From assembly GCA_040758155.1 (NCBI GenBank), contig JBFLWB010000140.1, positions 1-60,388 on the forward strand: 60,388 bases of DNA, written 5' to 3'. Under the pieces are notes generated by a model, which had not been told where the DNA came from, did not search any database, and saw only the letters and a list, made by a program, of their open reading frames with translations. The translations under genes were made by a program, and so were the position numbers. Shown in pieces: positions 29,499 to 38,818 of this stretch (within the stretch, counting starts at the first letter, position 1; each line of letters opens with the position of its first letter). Origin of the DNA: Thermodesulfobacteriota bacterium (GTDB taxonomy: Bacteria > Desulfobacterota > Deferrimicrobia > Deferrimicrobiales > Deferrimicrobiaceae).

Positions 29499-30416
29499 TC
29501 AGGGGAGGAAGCTCCCCCGGTACTCCTTCACGCCGCGGATCCCCTCCCGGGCCAGGAAATCGCGGATCCCCTCGACGATCTCGATGCACGCGTTCGGGTT
29601 GCGGAAATTGGCCGTCCCGACCTGTACCGCGGCCGCCCCGACGAGGAGGAACTCGAGCGCGTCCTCCGCGCTCCGGATCCCGCCGATCCCGATCACGGGG
29701 ATCTTCACCGCCTTGCACGCCTCCCACACCATCCGCAGCGCCACCGGCTTGATCGCCGGCCCCGAAAGCCCCCCCGTCACGTTGCCCAGCCGCGGCCGCC
29801 GCGTCCGCGGATCGACCGCCATCCCCAGCAGCGTGTTGACGAGGGAGACCGCGTCTGCGCCCGAGTCCTCCGCCGCGCGGGCCATCTCCCCGATGTCGGT
29901 GACGTTCGGGGACAGCTTCACCCAGAGCGGCTTCGCGGTGGCCGCGCGGACCCTCCGGGTCAGCCCGTACAGCCCTTTCGCGGTGGAGCCGAACGCGATG
30001 CCGCCTTCCCTCACGTTGGGGCAGGAGACGTTCAGCTCGACCGCGGCCAGGGCGGGAACCGCGGACAGCCGCCGCGCGACCTCCTCGTATTCCTCCTCCG
30101 TCCGCCCGTAGATGTTCGCCACGAAGACGGCCCCCGCGTCCTCCAGCCGGGGGGCGACTTCGCCGATGAACCTCTCCACCCCGATGTTCTGCAGGCCGAT
30201 GGCGTTCAGCATCCCCGCCGGAGTCTCCACGATCCGCTGCGGCGCGTTCCCCCGCGTCGGGAGGAGGGAGAGCCCCTTCACGATCACCGCGCCGAGGCGG
30301 GAGATGTCGTAGAACGGCGCGAATTCCAGCCCGTATCCGAACGTCCCCGAAGCGCTCATCACGGGATTCTTCAGGAGCAGGCTCCCCACCCGCGCGGTCA
30401 GGTCCGGGGTCACCAT
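29499..30416 (-). CDS. pyrD: Dihydroorotate dehydrogenase B, catalytic subunit
   Basis: 3' part of track ORF 29499-31094, starting at MVTPDLTARVGSLLLKNPVMSASGTFG. NVSCPN and GGLSGPAIKP motifs. 7-nt overlap with the pyrK stop. Confidence 0.93.
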   Translation of the reverse strand: MVTPDLTARVGSLLLKNPVMSASGTFGYGLEFAPFYDISRLGAVIVKGLSLLPTRGNAPQRIVETPAGMLNAIGLQNIGVERFIGEVAPRLEDAGAVFVANIYGRTEEEYEEVARRLSAVPALAAVELNVSCPNVREGGIAFGSTAKGLYGLTRRVRAATAKPLWVKLSPNVTDIGEMARAAEDSGADAVSLVNTLLGMAVDPRTRRPRLGNVTGGLSGPAIKPVALRMVWEACKAVKIPVIGIGGIRSAEDALEFLLVGAAAVQVGTANFRNPNACIEIVEGIRDFLAREGIRGVKEYRGSFLP

Positions 30417-31225
30417 ACGACCTCCCGGGCATCGAACACCGGCCCCTCCTTGCAGACGCGCCGATAGGCGGTCCCGTCCCCTTCCCGCACCTCGGTCACG
30501 CATCCCCAGCAGACGCCGAACCCGCAGGCCATATGGTTCTCGAGCGACACCTGCGCGGGAACGCCCCGGGAGCCGGCCGTCTCCGCGATCTCCCGGAGCA
30601 TCTCCCTCGGGCCGCACGCAAGGATCGACAGCCGCCCGGCCTCGGGGGGCTTCAGGGCCTCGAGGCGGGCGCGGAGCGCGGCGCCCACCGTCCCGTGGAA
30701 GCCGGCGGTCCCGTCGTCGGTGCACAGGTGCACCCTGCCGGGCACGTTCCCCCCCGGGGTCCAATCCCGCGGGGGAAGCTGTTCGCGGGTCCGCGCGCCG
30801 AGGAACATCTCGAAATCGCTCCGTCCCTGCGAGAGGGCCATCCCGGCGGGGAACACCGTGGAGAAGCCGACACCGCCCCCCGCGAGCCACCAGGTCCGGT
30901 CGGGATCGTCGAGCCGGAAGCCGTTCCCCAGCGGCAGGGTGATGGACAGGGGGTCGCCCTCGTGCAGGCCGGACAGCAGCGCCGTGCCGCGCCCGACCAC
31001 CTTGTAGACGAACTCGACCGTTCCTGACACCCGGGTCCCTCCCGACCGGAAGATCGCGAGCGGCCTCGGGAGGAGCGGGTCGTTCCCGGGCCACCCCGAT
31101 ACCATGGCGAACTGTCCGGGCACGAACTCGACCCGGTCGGGGACCGCCACCTCCATCCGGTAGAAGATTCCGTGCCCCACGTTCCGCAGGATCCTGCCGC
31201 CGACGAACCGCGGATTAGCTCGCAT
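30410..31225 (-). CDS. pyrK: Dihydroorotate dehydrogenase B, electron-transfer subunit
   Basis: 271 aa. PGQFAMV, LPRPLAI, and C-terminal 2Fe-2S cysteines MACGFGVCWGC...C. The start codon lies inside the repeat element (see findings). Confidence 0.88.
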   Translation of the reverse strand: MRANPRFVGGRILRNVGHGIFYRMEVAVPDRVEFVPGQFAMVSGWPGNDPLLPRPLAIFRSGGTRVSGTVEFVYKVVGRGTALLSGLHEGDPLSITLPLGNGFRLDDPDRTWWLAGGGVGFSTVFPAGMALSQGRSDFEMFLGARTREQLPPRDWTPGGNVPGRVHLCTDDGTAGFHGTVGAALRARLEALKPPEAGRLSILACGPREMLREIAETAGSRGVPAQVSLENHMACGFGVCWGCVTEVREGDGTAYRRVCKEGPVFDAREVVW

Positions 31226-31527
31226 TTCTCACCAGCCTCCTACTGCGGCGGCGGATACGGGCACACCTACTGCGTTGTGCCCCTCCCGCCGGGAACGGCA
31301 TGATGGTGCCGGCGTCCGGGGGTACCCCAGGGAGCGTTTCTTGCCCGGGAGTGGGGCGCTCGGTCGGGCTCCTCGACGCACTGTCAAGTGCGCCTCCGGG
31401 GCCCTCGGTCGCGACGCCTTGTAGTGCTGCCAGGATGGCAGCATGCCGCGGAGGCCATGGATGGCCGGGAGCGGCCCACGCCCGTCTCCACCGCCTCGCT
31501 ACGGACGCTGGTGAGAAATGCGAGCTA
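31216..31527. repeat. Copy 1 of a 257/302-nt hairpin-rich element with terminal inverted repeats (candidate structured ncRNA or MITE)
   Basis: Core is 31221-31522. Termini are CGCATTTCTCACCAGC and GCTGGTGAGAAATGCG, extended by TAGCT/AGCTA. Near-identical to 54662-54918 except for a 45-nt insertion (31367-31411) and a few point differences. Confidence 0.85.
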
Positions 31528-31965
31528 TGTGGCATCCCTGTCCCGTATCTCCCGGGAGAGCAGCAGCGCGTCCTCCCCCGTGTCGGTGTAGTACCCTCTC
31601 CGGATCCCCTGGAACGCGAAGCCCAGCCGCCCGTAAAGCCGCTGCGCCTCCTCGTTCCCGGCCCGGACTTCGAGGTGGATCCGTTCCGATCCCGCCAGGG
31701 CCCCCCTGCGGATGCACTCCCGGACCAGGGCTTCCCCCACCCCCTGTCCCCGGAAATGCGGGTGCACCGCGATATTCAGGAGATGGGACTCGCCGGCGAC
31801 GTTCCAGCAGACGGCGTAGCCGAGGATCTCCCCCGGGGCCCCCTCCGCGACGAACGGCCGGGAGAAGGGACGGTCGATGTCCTCGGCGAACATCCCGCGG
31901 GACCAGGGCGTCGGGAAGGAGGCCTCCTCGATCGCCATCACCCCGTCGAGGTCGCAGGGGGCCAT
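31525..31965 (-). CDS. rimI: Ribosomal-protein-alanine N-acetyltransferase (GNAT)
   Basis: 146 aa. IEEASFPTPW and the acetyl-CoA motif RGQGVGEAL typical of RimI. Confidence 0.85.
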   Translation of the reverse strand: MAPCDLDGVMAIEEASFPTPWSRGMFAEDIDRPFSRPFVAEGAPGEILGYAVCWNVAGESHLLNIAVHPHFRGQGVGEALVRECIRRGALAGSERIHLEVRAGNEEAQRLYGRLGFAFQGIRRGYYTDTGEDALLLSREIRDRDAT

Positions 31966-31999
31966 GTTCCGGATCCGGAACTTCAGCCCGGACCTCCCG

Positions 32000-33010
32000 C
32001 TACCAGCGGATCAGCGCCGACGCCCAGGTGAACCCCGCGCCGAACGCGGCGAGGCATACCAGGTCCCCCTCGCGGATCCGCCCCTGCTCGAGGCACTCGT
32101 CCAGCGCGATCGGGATCGACGCGGCGGTGGTGTTCCCGTACCGCTCGATGTTCGAAAACACCTTATCCTCCGGCAGCTCCAGCGCCGCCCCCACCGCCTG
32201 CGTGATCCGCTGGTTCGCCTGGTGCGGGATGAGCAGCGACAGGTCGGAGACCGTGTGCCCGTTCTCCGACAGCGCCTCCCGGATCACCTCCGGGAACCGG
32301 CGGACGGCGTGCGCGAAGACGTACTTCCCGTTCATCTTCGGGTAATGCCTGCCGGCGTCTATGACCTCGTGGGTCAGCCAGGGGCTCTGCAGGAAGCCCG
32401 GCTCCGCGGCGCAAAGCTCCCGCGCGTGCTTCCCCTCCGAATGGATGTGCGTGGAAAGGATCCCCTTGCCGGGCTCCGCCGGGCCGACCACCGCCGCACC
32501 GGCCCCGTCCCCGAAGATCACCGTCACGTCGCGCCCCGCCGTGGAGAAGTTGAGCCCCTTGCTGTGGAGCTCGGAGCCGACCACGAGGACGTGGTCGTGG
32601 AATCCCCCCTTGACGTAGGCCTCCGCGACGGAGATGCCGTAGACGAACCCGCTGCACTGGTTGCGCACGTCGATGGCCCCGACGGTCCGAAGCCCGAGCA
32701 TGTCCTGCACGAGGACGCCGACGCCCGGAAAGTACATGTCCGGGGAGAGCGTCGCGAAGATCACCAGGTCGATGTCCTCCGGTGAGATCCCCGCCTTGTC
32801 GATCGCCTTCCGGGCGGCAGCGGCCCCCATGTGGCAGTTCCCGACCGGCGCCTCCGCGTAGCGCCGCTCCCGGATCCCCGTCCGCTGGACGATCCACTCG
32901 TCCGTCGTGTCCATCAGCTTCGTGAGCTCCTCGTTCGTCACCACGCGGGGAGGCAGCTCTCTCCCGGTGCCCATGATCCGCGCGCCGCGCATCGAAGCGC
33001 CATTTTTCAT
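32000..33010 (-). CDS. fabH: 3-oxoacyl-ACP synthase III
   Basis: 3' part of track ORF 32000-33283, starting at [16 protein letters not shown] (ATG 33010, ATGA overlap). Active-site NQCSGF, plus HQAN and GNTTAASIP. Confidence 0.93.
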   Translation of the reverse strand: MKNGASMRGARIMGTGRELPPRVVTNEELTKLMDTTDEWIVQRTGIRERRYAEAPVGNCHMGAAAARKAIDKAGISPEDIDLVIFATLSPDMYFPGVGVLVQDMLGLRTVGAIDVRNQCSGFVYGISVAEAYVKGGFHDHVLVVGSELHSKGLNFSTAGRDVTVIFGDGAGAAVVGPAEPGKGILSTHIHSEGKHARELCAAEPGFLQSPWLTHEVIDAGRHYPKMNGKYVFAHAVRRFPEVIREALSENGHTVSDLSLLIPHQANQRITQAVGAALELPEDKVFSNIERYGNTTAASIPIALDECLEQGRIREGDLVCLAAFGAGFTWASALIRW

Positions 33011-33543
33011 ATCAGCACCGCCGCAGCGAGGGTCGTGGTGTACTCGTCCTTCACGATCGCGGACTGCGTGATGTTGAAGGACTTGTAGATCTTCCCGCTG
33101 ATCTTCCAGACCTCCCGCTTCTCGTCCCAGCTCCTGTCCTCGTCGAACTCGACGCCCAGTGTGGACGCCAGCATCGCCGCCGCGAGGTCTTCCGCATAGT
33201 CTCCCGCCACCTTCTCGGTCTGGCCGAAGGCGTGGTGCTCGCTCAGGTACCCGTAGACGGACCGGTCGGACGGGAGGGCGCACCCCACGGAGGCGGCCAC
33301 CAGCCGGCGGGGCTCGTCGCTGCAGCAGCGGCTCATGACCACGTAGACGATCTCGCCCGGCGAAAGCAGCTTCAATCCCGCCTCTTTCGAGACGATCCGG
33401 GCCTGCGGGGGGAATATGCTGGACACCTGGACGAGGTTGAACTTCTCGATGCCTGCGTCCCTGAGGGCCAGCTCGAACGAGGTCAGCTGCTCCCGGTGCC
33501 GGCCGACACCCTTGGTGAAGAAGACCTTCGCGGGAACGGTCAT
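33007..33543 (-). CDS. pdaD: Pyruvoyl-dependent arginine decarboxylase
   Basis: 178 aa ([46 protein letters not shown]...). The VSSI self-cleavage site context is typical of PvlArgDC. Confidence 0.88.
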   Translation of the reverse strand: MTVPAKVFFTKGVGRHREQLTSFELALRDAGIEKFNLVQVSSIFPPQARIVSKEAGLKLLSPGEIVYVVMSRCCSDEPRRLVAASVGCALPSDRSVYGYLSEHHAFGQTEKVAGDYAEDLAAAMLASTLGVEFDEDRSWDEKREVWKISGKIYKSFNITQSAIVKDEYTTTLAAAVLI

Positions 33544-33545
33544 GG

Positions 33546-34430
33546 CTATTCCCCCTGCCGCGCCACGACCCACCCCATGATCCGGTAGCAGAGGCGCGCG
33601 GCCAGATAATCCGGAGCGGCCATCCCCGCGATGGGCGCGAGCTCCATGACGTCGAATCCCACGAGGTTGCAGTTCCCCCGCAGCACGTCCCGCAGGATGT
33701 CGGTCACCTCGAACCAGGTGAGGCCCCCGGGTTCCGGGGTGACGACCGATGGCATGATCCCGGGGTCGAACACGTCGAGGTCGATGGTGATGTAGACGTT
33801 CCCGGAGAGGGAGCTGACGATCCCCTTCGTCACGTCCGCGAGGTTGTCCCGGACCTCGGAGGCGTAGAAGGTCTTCACGTCCTCGGTCTTCTTGAGGAAG
33901 CGGTCCTCCTCCTCCGACATGCTCCGGACGCCCGCCTGGACCAGGCGGACGCCGTGCTCGACGATCCTGCGGCCGACGCACGCGTGATTGTGCTTCGTGC
34001 CGAGGTATTCCTCGCGGAGATCCGCGTGCGCGTCGAACTGCAGCACCGTGAGCTGGCCGTACTTCTTCTTGAGCGCCGCGACGGCGGCGGGTGTGCCCGA
34101 ATGCTCCCCGCCGAGGAGGATCGGGAGCTTCCCGGCCTTCGAGACGGCCTTCACCCTGCGCTCCACTTCCTTCAGCGCGGCGGGGCCGGTCGTCGTGAAG
34201 GGGACCTCCGTGGAGACGAAGATGCCCGCGCGGTACGGCTCGATCTTGTTCTCCTCGTCGAACAGCTCCATGTGGGCGGAGGCGTCGAGAATGGCGCGGG
34301 GGCCGTTGCGCGTGCCGGCCTGGTACGTGGTGGTCACGTCCACGGGGAACGGGATGATCGCGAACTGGGACTGCTTCCAGGAGGCGTACCTTCCGGAAAT
34401 CCCGCCGAAGGTCACGGAGTATGGAATCAA
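33546..34430 (-). CDS. speB: Agmatinase (ureohydrolase family)
   Basis: 3' part of track ORF 33546-35789. GGEHS, DAHADL and DLDVFDP metal-binding motifs. TTG start at 34430, preceded by GGAGG at 34437-34441. Confidence 0.88.
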   Translation of the reverse strand: MIPYSVTFGGISGRYASWKQSQFAIIPFPVDVTTTYQAGTRNGPRAILDASAHMELFDEENKIEPYRAGIFVSTEVPFTTTGPAALKEVERRVKAVSKAGKLPILLGGEHSGTPAAVAALKKKYGQLTVLQFDAHADLREEYLGTKHNHACVGRRIVEHGVRLVQAGVRSMSEEEDRFLKKTEDVKTFYASEVRDNLADVTKGIVSSLSGNVYITIDLDVFDPGIMPSVVTPEPGGLTWFEVTDILRDVLRGNCNLVGFDVMELAPIAGMAAPDYLAARLCYRIMGWVVARQGE

Positions 34431-34468
34431 GGGGAACCTCCTCTGAAATGGCCGCCGGTGGCCCGATT

Positions 34469-36232
34469 CTACCCCGCCCGCATTCCGGCGCACAATAGCG
34501 GCCTTCCCGCGGGCCTTGCGTCCTGAAGAAGAAGGCGGACCGTGCGGACGCCCCGGTACACGTTCTCCTGAATGGCGACCAGCAGGTCGGACCGCCCGGA
34601 CGGATCGGCGGGAATTTCCCCGCGGTGGAACGCCACGCCTTCGACGCGCCGCCCGTTGTCCTCCAGCTCGAACCGGAGGTGTTGCCCGGCTCCGCCGACG
34701 CGTGAAGCCCGGGAGATCCGGGCGTTCCGGAGCAGGAACGCCGGCTCCGGGTTCCCCGCCCCGAACGGGCGGAGCAGCTCGAGGTCGGCCAGGAGCGCGG
34801 GCCCGATTTCGTCGAGCCGGATCTCCGCGTCGATGAACCGGCGCGGGACGAACGGCGACGCTTCCGCGTGGCGCGCCGCGATCTCCGACAACCCCCTGCG
34901 GAACGGCTCCAGGTTCTCCAGCGACATCGCCACCCCGGCGGCCTGGGTGTGCCCGCCGAACCGCGTGAGCAGGTGGGACAGCTCGGCGAGCGCCGAGACG
35001 ATCGGGAACCCGTCGACGCTGCGGCAGGAGCCGGTGACCTGCCCCGATTCCTCGCGTAGCAGCACGACGGGCCGGCCGTACCGGTCGAGGATCTTCGAAG
35101 CGACGATACCCAGGACGCCCTGGTGCCACCCCGGGTCGGACAGCACGATGGCGTGCGGAAGCTCCTCGAGCATGTCGATCCCCGCCTCCACGTCGGAGAG
35201 GATCCGCTCCTGTTCCCGCTGCCTCCGGATGTTGTCCTCGTTGAGCTCCCGGGCGAGCCGGGCGGACTCCTCCCGGTCGCTCGAGACGAGGATCCTCGAG
35301 CTTCGGGACGAATCCCCTATCCGGCCCGCGGCGTTCAGGCGGGGGCCGACCCGGAATCCGAGATCCGCCTCGGTCGCCAGAGCCGTGGAGACGCCGGAGA
35401 CCGAGAAGAGCGCTTCGATCCCTGGCCGCGCGGACCTCCGGATCTCGCGGATCCCCTCCCGCACCAGCGGCCGGTTCGACGCGGTCAGCGAAACCATGTC
35501 CGCCACCGTTCCCAGAGCCACCAGGTCGAGGTATTGCCGCATCGCCGGCTCCGGCCGGTCCGCGAAGAAGCCCGTCTCGCGCAGCCGCTTCCGCATCCCG
35601 CACGCGAGCAGGAATACGACTCCCACCCCCGCAAGATCCTTTTCCCGGAACGGGCAGTCGCGCCGGTGAGGATCGATCACGGCGTACGCCTCGGGAAGCG
35701 TGTCCCCCGGAAGATGATGGTCCGTGACGATGACCTCGACGCCGTCGGCCGTAAGCTCCCGGATGGGCCCGTGGTCCGTGATCCCGCAATCCACCGTGAT
35801 CACCAGCCGGTATCCTTCGCGCACCGCCCCGGCAAGAATGCGCGCCTGGAGCCCGTACCCGTCCTCGCGCCGGTCGTTCTGGTGGATCCGTACCGGCAGG
35901 CCGGGGAACAATTCCTTCAGGAAGAGGTAGATGCAGGCGGCTCCGGTCGCGCCGTCGGCGTCGTAGTCGGCGTACACCAGGACCGGCTCCCCGCGGATGC
36001 CCGCCGAGACGATCCGGTCCGCCGCCCTGTCGATGTCCTTCAGGAGGGAGGGATCGGGAAGGTCCGACAACGTCCCCCGCAGGAACAATTCCGCGTCGCC
36101 GGGATCGACGATCCCCCGGTTCGCCAGCGCCTTCGCCGCGGCGCCGGTGAGGCCGTGGCGGGAGGAGATGTCACGTACGAGACCGGGATCGGGCGCAAGG
36201 AGGGTCCATTCCCGTTCGACCGGCCCCCTCAA
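34469..36232 (-). CDS. recJ: Single-stranded-DNA-specific exonuclease RecJ
   Basis: 587 aa. DHH motifs ([19 protein letters not shown]) and DHHA1 GGH (FGGHTQAAG). Confidence 0.93.
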   Translation of the reverse strand: MRGPVEREWTLLAPDPGLVRDISSRHGLTGAAAKALANRGIVDPGDAELFLRGTLSDLPDPSLLKDIDRAADRIVSAGIRGEPVLVYADYDADGATGAACIYLFLKELFPGLPVRIHQNDRREDGYGLQARILAGAVREGYRLVITVDCGITDHGPIRELTADGVEVIVTDHHLPGDTLPEAYAVIDPHRRDCPFREKDLAGVGVVFLLACGMRKRLRETGFFADRPEPAMRQYLDLVALGTVADMVSLTASNRPLVREGIREIRRSARPGIEALFSVSGVSTALATEADLGFRVGPRLNAAGRIGDSSRSSRILVSSDREESARLARELNEDNIRRQREQERILSDVEAGIDMLEELPHAIVLSDPGWHQGVLGIVASKILDRYGRPVVLLREESGQVTGSCRSVDGFPIVSALAELSHLLTRFGGHTQAAGVAMSLENLEPFRRGLSEIAARHAEASPFVPRRFIDAEIRLDEIGPALLADLELLRPFGAGNPEPAFLLRNARISRASRVGGAGQHLRFELEDNGRRVEGVAFHRGEIPADPSGRSDLLVAIQENVYRGVRTVRLLLQDARPAGRPLLCAGMRAG

Positions 36233-36245
36233 GCCATCCCCTCCG

Positions 36246-37163
36246 TCACCTCTTCACGTCGGCCATCTTCTCGCCGCGCCAGAGAACGAGCATCGGGCCC
36301 GCGACGAAGATGGACGAATAGCTCCCGATGACGAGGCCGATCAGGAGCGCGAGGGCGAAGTTGCGCAGCACGTCGCCGCCGAAGGCCAGCAGCGCCGCCA
36401 CGGCGAGGATCACCGTGAATCCCGTCACGAGCGACCGGCTCAGCACTTCGTTGACGCTCAGGTTGATCGTCTCGGAGAAGGTGTTCCGCTTGCGGAGCCG
36501 GATGTTCTCCCGGATCCGGTCGAAGATGACCACCGTGTCGGTCAGCGAATATCCCCCGATCGTGAGCAGCGCCGTGATGAACAGGAGGTCCTGCTCGAGG
36601 CCGAGCGCCCAGAAGATGCCCACCATCGCGAAGATGTCGTGGAAGGTGGCGACCGTCGCGGTGACCCCGAACTTGAACTCGAACCTCCACGCCAGGTAAA
36701 CGATGATCGCAAGGAAGGCGATGGCGAGCGCCCAGGTTGCATCCTGGCGCAGCTTGTGCCCGATCGCGGGGCCGATCTCGGAGATGCTCTCCACGACGAA
36801 CGGGTTCTCCGGCATCTTCTCCCGAAGGAGCTTCAGGACGGGCTCCGCGACCATCCGCTCCTCCTGTCCGCCGACCGCCCGCAGCTTGATCATGAGGACG
36901 GTGTCGCCCTCCACCCCCTGCAGCATCGCCCCGCTGTGCCCCGCGTCGGCCAGCAGCGACCGGACCCGCTCCATGGAGACCGGATTCCGGAACTTCGCCT
37001 GGATCGAGGTGCCGCCCGCCAGGTCGATGCCGAGGTTGGCGTGCCCGCGGAAGATCTGCACGGTCCCGATGAGGCCGAGGATCATCAGGACCGCGGAGAA
37101 CGCGAACGCGTAGTTCTTGATGGCCATGAAATCGTATTTCGGATTCTTCACGAGTTCGATCAT
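36246..37163 (-). CDS. secF: Protein translocase subunit SecF
   Basis: 305 aa. Six predicted TM segments and the SecD/SecF family motif GYSLTDTVVIFDRIRE. Confidence 0.95.
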   Translation of the reverse strand: MIELVKNPKYDFMAIKNYAFAFSAVLMILGLIGTVQIFRGHANLGIDLAGGTSIQAKFRNPVSMERVRSLLADAGHSGAMLQGVEGDTVLMIKLRAVGGQEERMVAEPVLKLLREKMPENPFVVESISEIGPAIGHKLRQDATWALAIAFLAIIVYLAWRFEFKFGVTATVATFHDIFAMVGIFWALGLEQDLLFITALLTIGGYSLTDTVVIFDRIRENIRLRKRNTFSETINLSVNEVLSRSLVTGFTVILAVAALLAFGGDVLRNFALALLIGLVIGSYSSIFVAGPMLVLWRGEKMADVKR

Positions 37164-37183
37164 CGATTCGCCTTCCCCGTTTC

Positions 37184-38779
37184 CTATATGCTCAGAGTCT
37201 TCATCGGCTTCTTCGCGTTCAGGTAGTCGAACACGACCTTCGTGCAGACCAGCGCCGTGAAGAGGTTGATCGCAACGCCCATGGAGAGCGAGACCGCGAA
37301 TCCCTTGATCGGCCCGGTCCCGAACTGGAAGAGGATGATCGCGGTGATCAGCGTGGTCACGTGGGTGTCGACCACCGTCACGAACGCCTTGTCGTACCCG
37401 GCGTCGATGGACGGGCGCACCGCCTTCTTCGAGCGGAGCTCCTCCCGGATGCGCTCGAAGATCAGCACGTTGGAGTCGACCGACATCCCGATCGCCAGGA
37501 TGATCCCCGCGATGCCCGGGAGGGTGAGCGTCGCCGAGAAGGCGGCCATCCCCGCGAGCAGAAAGAGGACGTTGAACAGCATGGCGAAATTCGCCACCAT
37601 CCCGGAGAACCGGTAATAGAACCCCATGAACCCCACCACCAGCAGCGCCCCGATGATGGCCGCGCGGATCCCCTTCCGGATCGAATCCTCCCCGAGCGAC
37701 GGCCCGATGGTGACGTTCTGGATCACCTTGACGGGCGCGGGCAGCGAGCCGGCCCGCAGCACGATGGCAAGGTCGGAGGCCTCCTCCGCCGTGAAGCTCC
37801 CGGTGATCTGCGCCTCCCCTCCCGAGATCCGCTCCTGGATCACCGGGGCGGAATAGACGGTGTCGTCGAGGACGATCGCGAGCCGGCGCTTCACGTTCTC
37901 CGCGGTCACGCGGTCGAAAATCCTCGCGCCGCGGGAGTCGAAGGAGATGGAGACGTACGCGCCCCCCGCCTGGCCGCCGAAGCTGACCTTCGCCGTCTTG
38001 ATCGTGTCTCCCGTCAGCAGCGAGCGTTTCTTCACCACGATGGGGGTCTTCGCGATGCGGCCGCTGGCGGGATCCGCCGATTTCTGGTACAGGAGCTGGC
38101 TGTCCTCGGGCAGGTTCCCCTTGAGCGCCTCCTCGACACTGGCGCCTTCGTCCACCAGCTTGAACTCGAGCAGCGCCGTCTTGCCGACGAGCTCGATGGC
38201 GCGCTGCTGGTCCTTGACGCCGGGGAGCTGGACGACGATCCGGTCGTCGCCCTCGGCGACGATCTGCGGCTCCCGCACGCCGAACTGGTCGATCCGGTTC
38301 CGGATGGTCTCCACGCCCTGCCCGACGGCGTTCATCCGGATCGCCTGTACCTCGGCCTCCTTCATCTTCGCTACGACGGACGCCCCTTCGGGCTTCACCT
38401 CGCCCAGCGTGACGTCGAGCGATGGGAACTCCTCCTTAAGGAGCTCCAGCGCCTTCCCCGCGAACTCGCCGGGAGGGAACGCGAGGGAGAAGCTTTCGGC
38501 CGAAGTTCTCTTGTAACCGAGGACCGGGAGCCCCTTGTCGCGGACCACCGCCCGCGCTTCGTCCGCGTAGCGCTGCGTCGTGTTCTCGATGGCCTTGTCG
38601 ATCTCGACCTGGAGCCGCAGGAACACGCCGCCCTGCAGGTCGAGGCCGAGGTTGATCTTCGGCATGGGATCCCGCCACGAGGCCGGGATCTTTTCGGTAA
38701 GGGACGGCGCCAGGACGGCTGCGGCCGCGGCCGTCAGGAAAACGATCATGGCGATCCGCCAGGTGATGTTCCTCCACAT
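37184..38779 (-). CDS. secD: Protein translocase subunit SecD
   Basis: 531 aa. LGLDLQGG and GMSVDSNVLIFERIREE motifs. Confidence 0.95.
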   Translation of the reverse strand: MWRNITWRIAMIVFLTAAAAAVLAPSLTEKIPASWRDPMPKINLGLDLQGGVFLRLQVEIDKAIENTTQRYADEARAVVRDKGLPVLGYKRTSAESFSLAFPPGEFAGKALELLKEEFPSLDVTLGEVKPEGASVVAKMKEAEVQAIRMNAVGQGVETIRNRIDQFGVREPQIVAEGDDRIVVQLPGVKDQQRAIELVGKTALLEFKLVDEGASVEEALKGNLPEDSQLLYQKSADPASGRIAKTPIVVKKRSLLTGDTIKTAKVSFGGQAGGAYVSISFDSRGARIFDRVTAENVKRRLAIVLDDTVYSAPVIQERISGGEAQITGSFTAEEASDLAIVLRAGSLPAPVKVIQNVTIGPSLGEDSIRKGIRAAIIGALLVVGFMGFYYRFSGMVANFAMLFNVLFLLAGMAAFSATLTLPGIAGIILAIGMSVDSNVLIFERIREELRSKKAVRPSIDAGYDKAFVTVVDTHVTTLITAIILFQFGTGPIKGFAVSLSMGVAINLFTALVCTKVVFDYLNAKKPMKTLSI

Positions 38780-38818
38780 GACGCTTCCGTTGCTCCTTTC
38801 GGTGTCTTCCGCTTCGCT

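Noticed and set aside
31221-31522. Whether the 0.3-kb element is a known housekeeping RNA or riboswitch: RNase P, tmRNA, large SRP, 6S, cobalamin or c-di-GMP.
   Set aside because: I cannot find GGAAAGTCCGGGC-type RNase P cores, a tRNA-like tmRNA end, the SRP GGAA/AGCA domain IV, the B12 box (GCCACTG) or GEMM motifs. Two near-identical copies in unrelated contexts are also not expected for those RNAs. This was a motif check by eye only; cmsearch is still needed.
31215-32031. ORFs running through the repeat element: 31215-31535 on the minus strand, 31300-32031 on the plus strand, and the in-frame extension of mqnA through copy 2.
   Set aside because: The peptides are Arg/Pro/Gly-rich with no recognisable domain. 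There is no convincing RBS. Between the two single-nt indels the two copies are read in different frames. The plus-strand ORF of copy 1 simply continues antisense through rimI. Structure conservation explains the element better than coding does.
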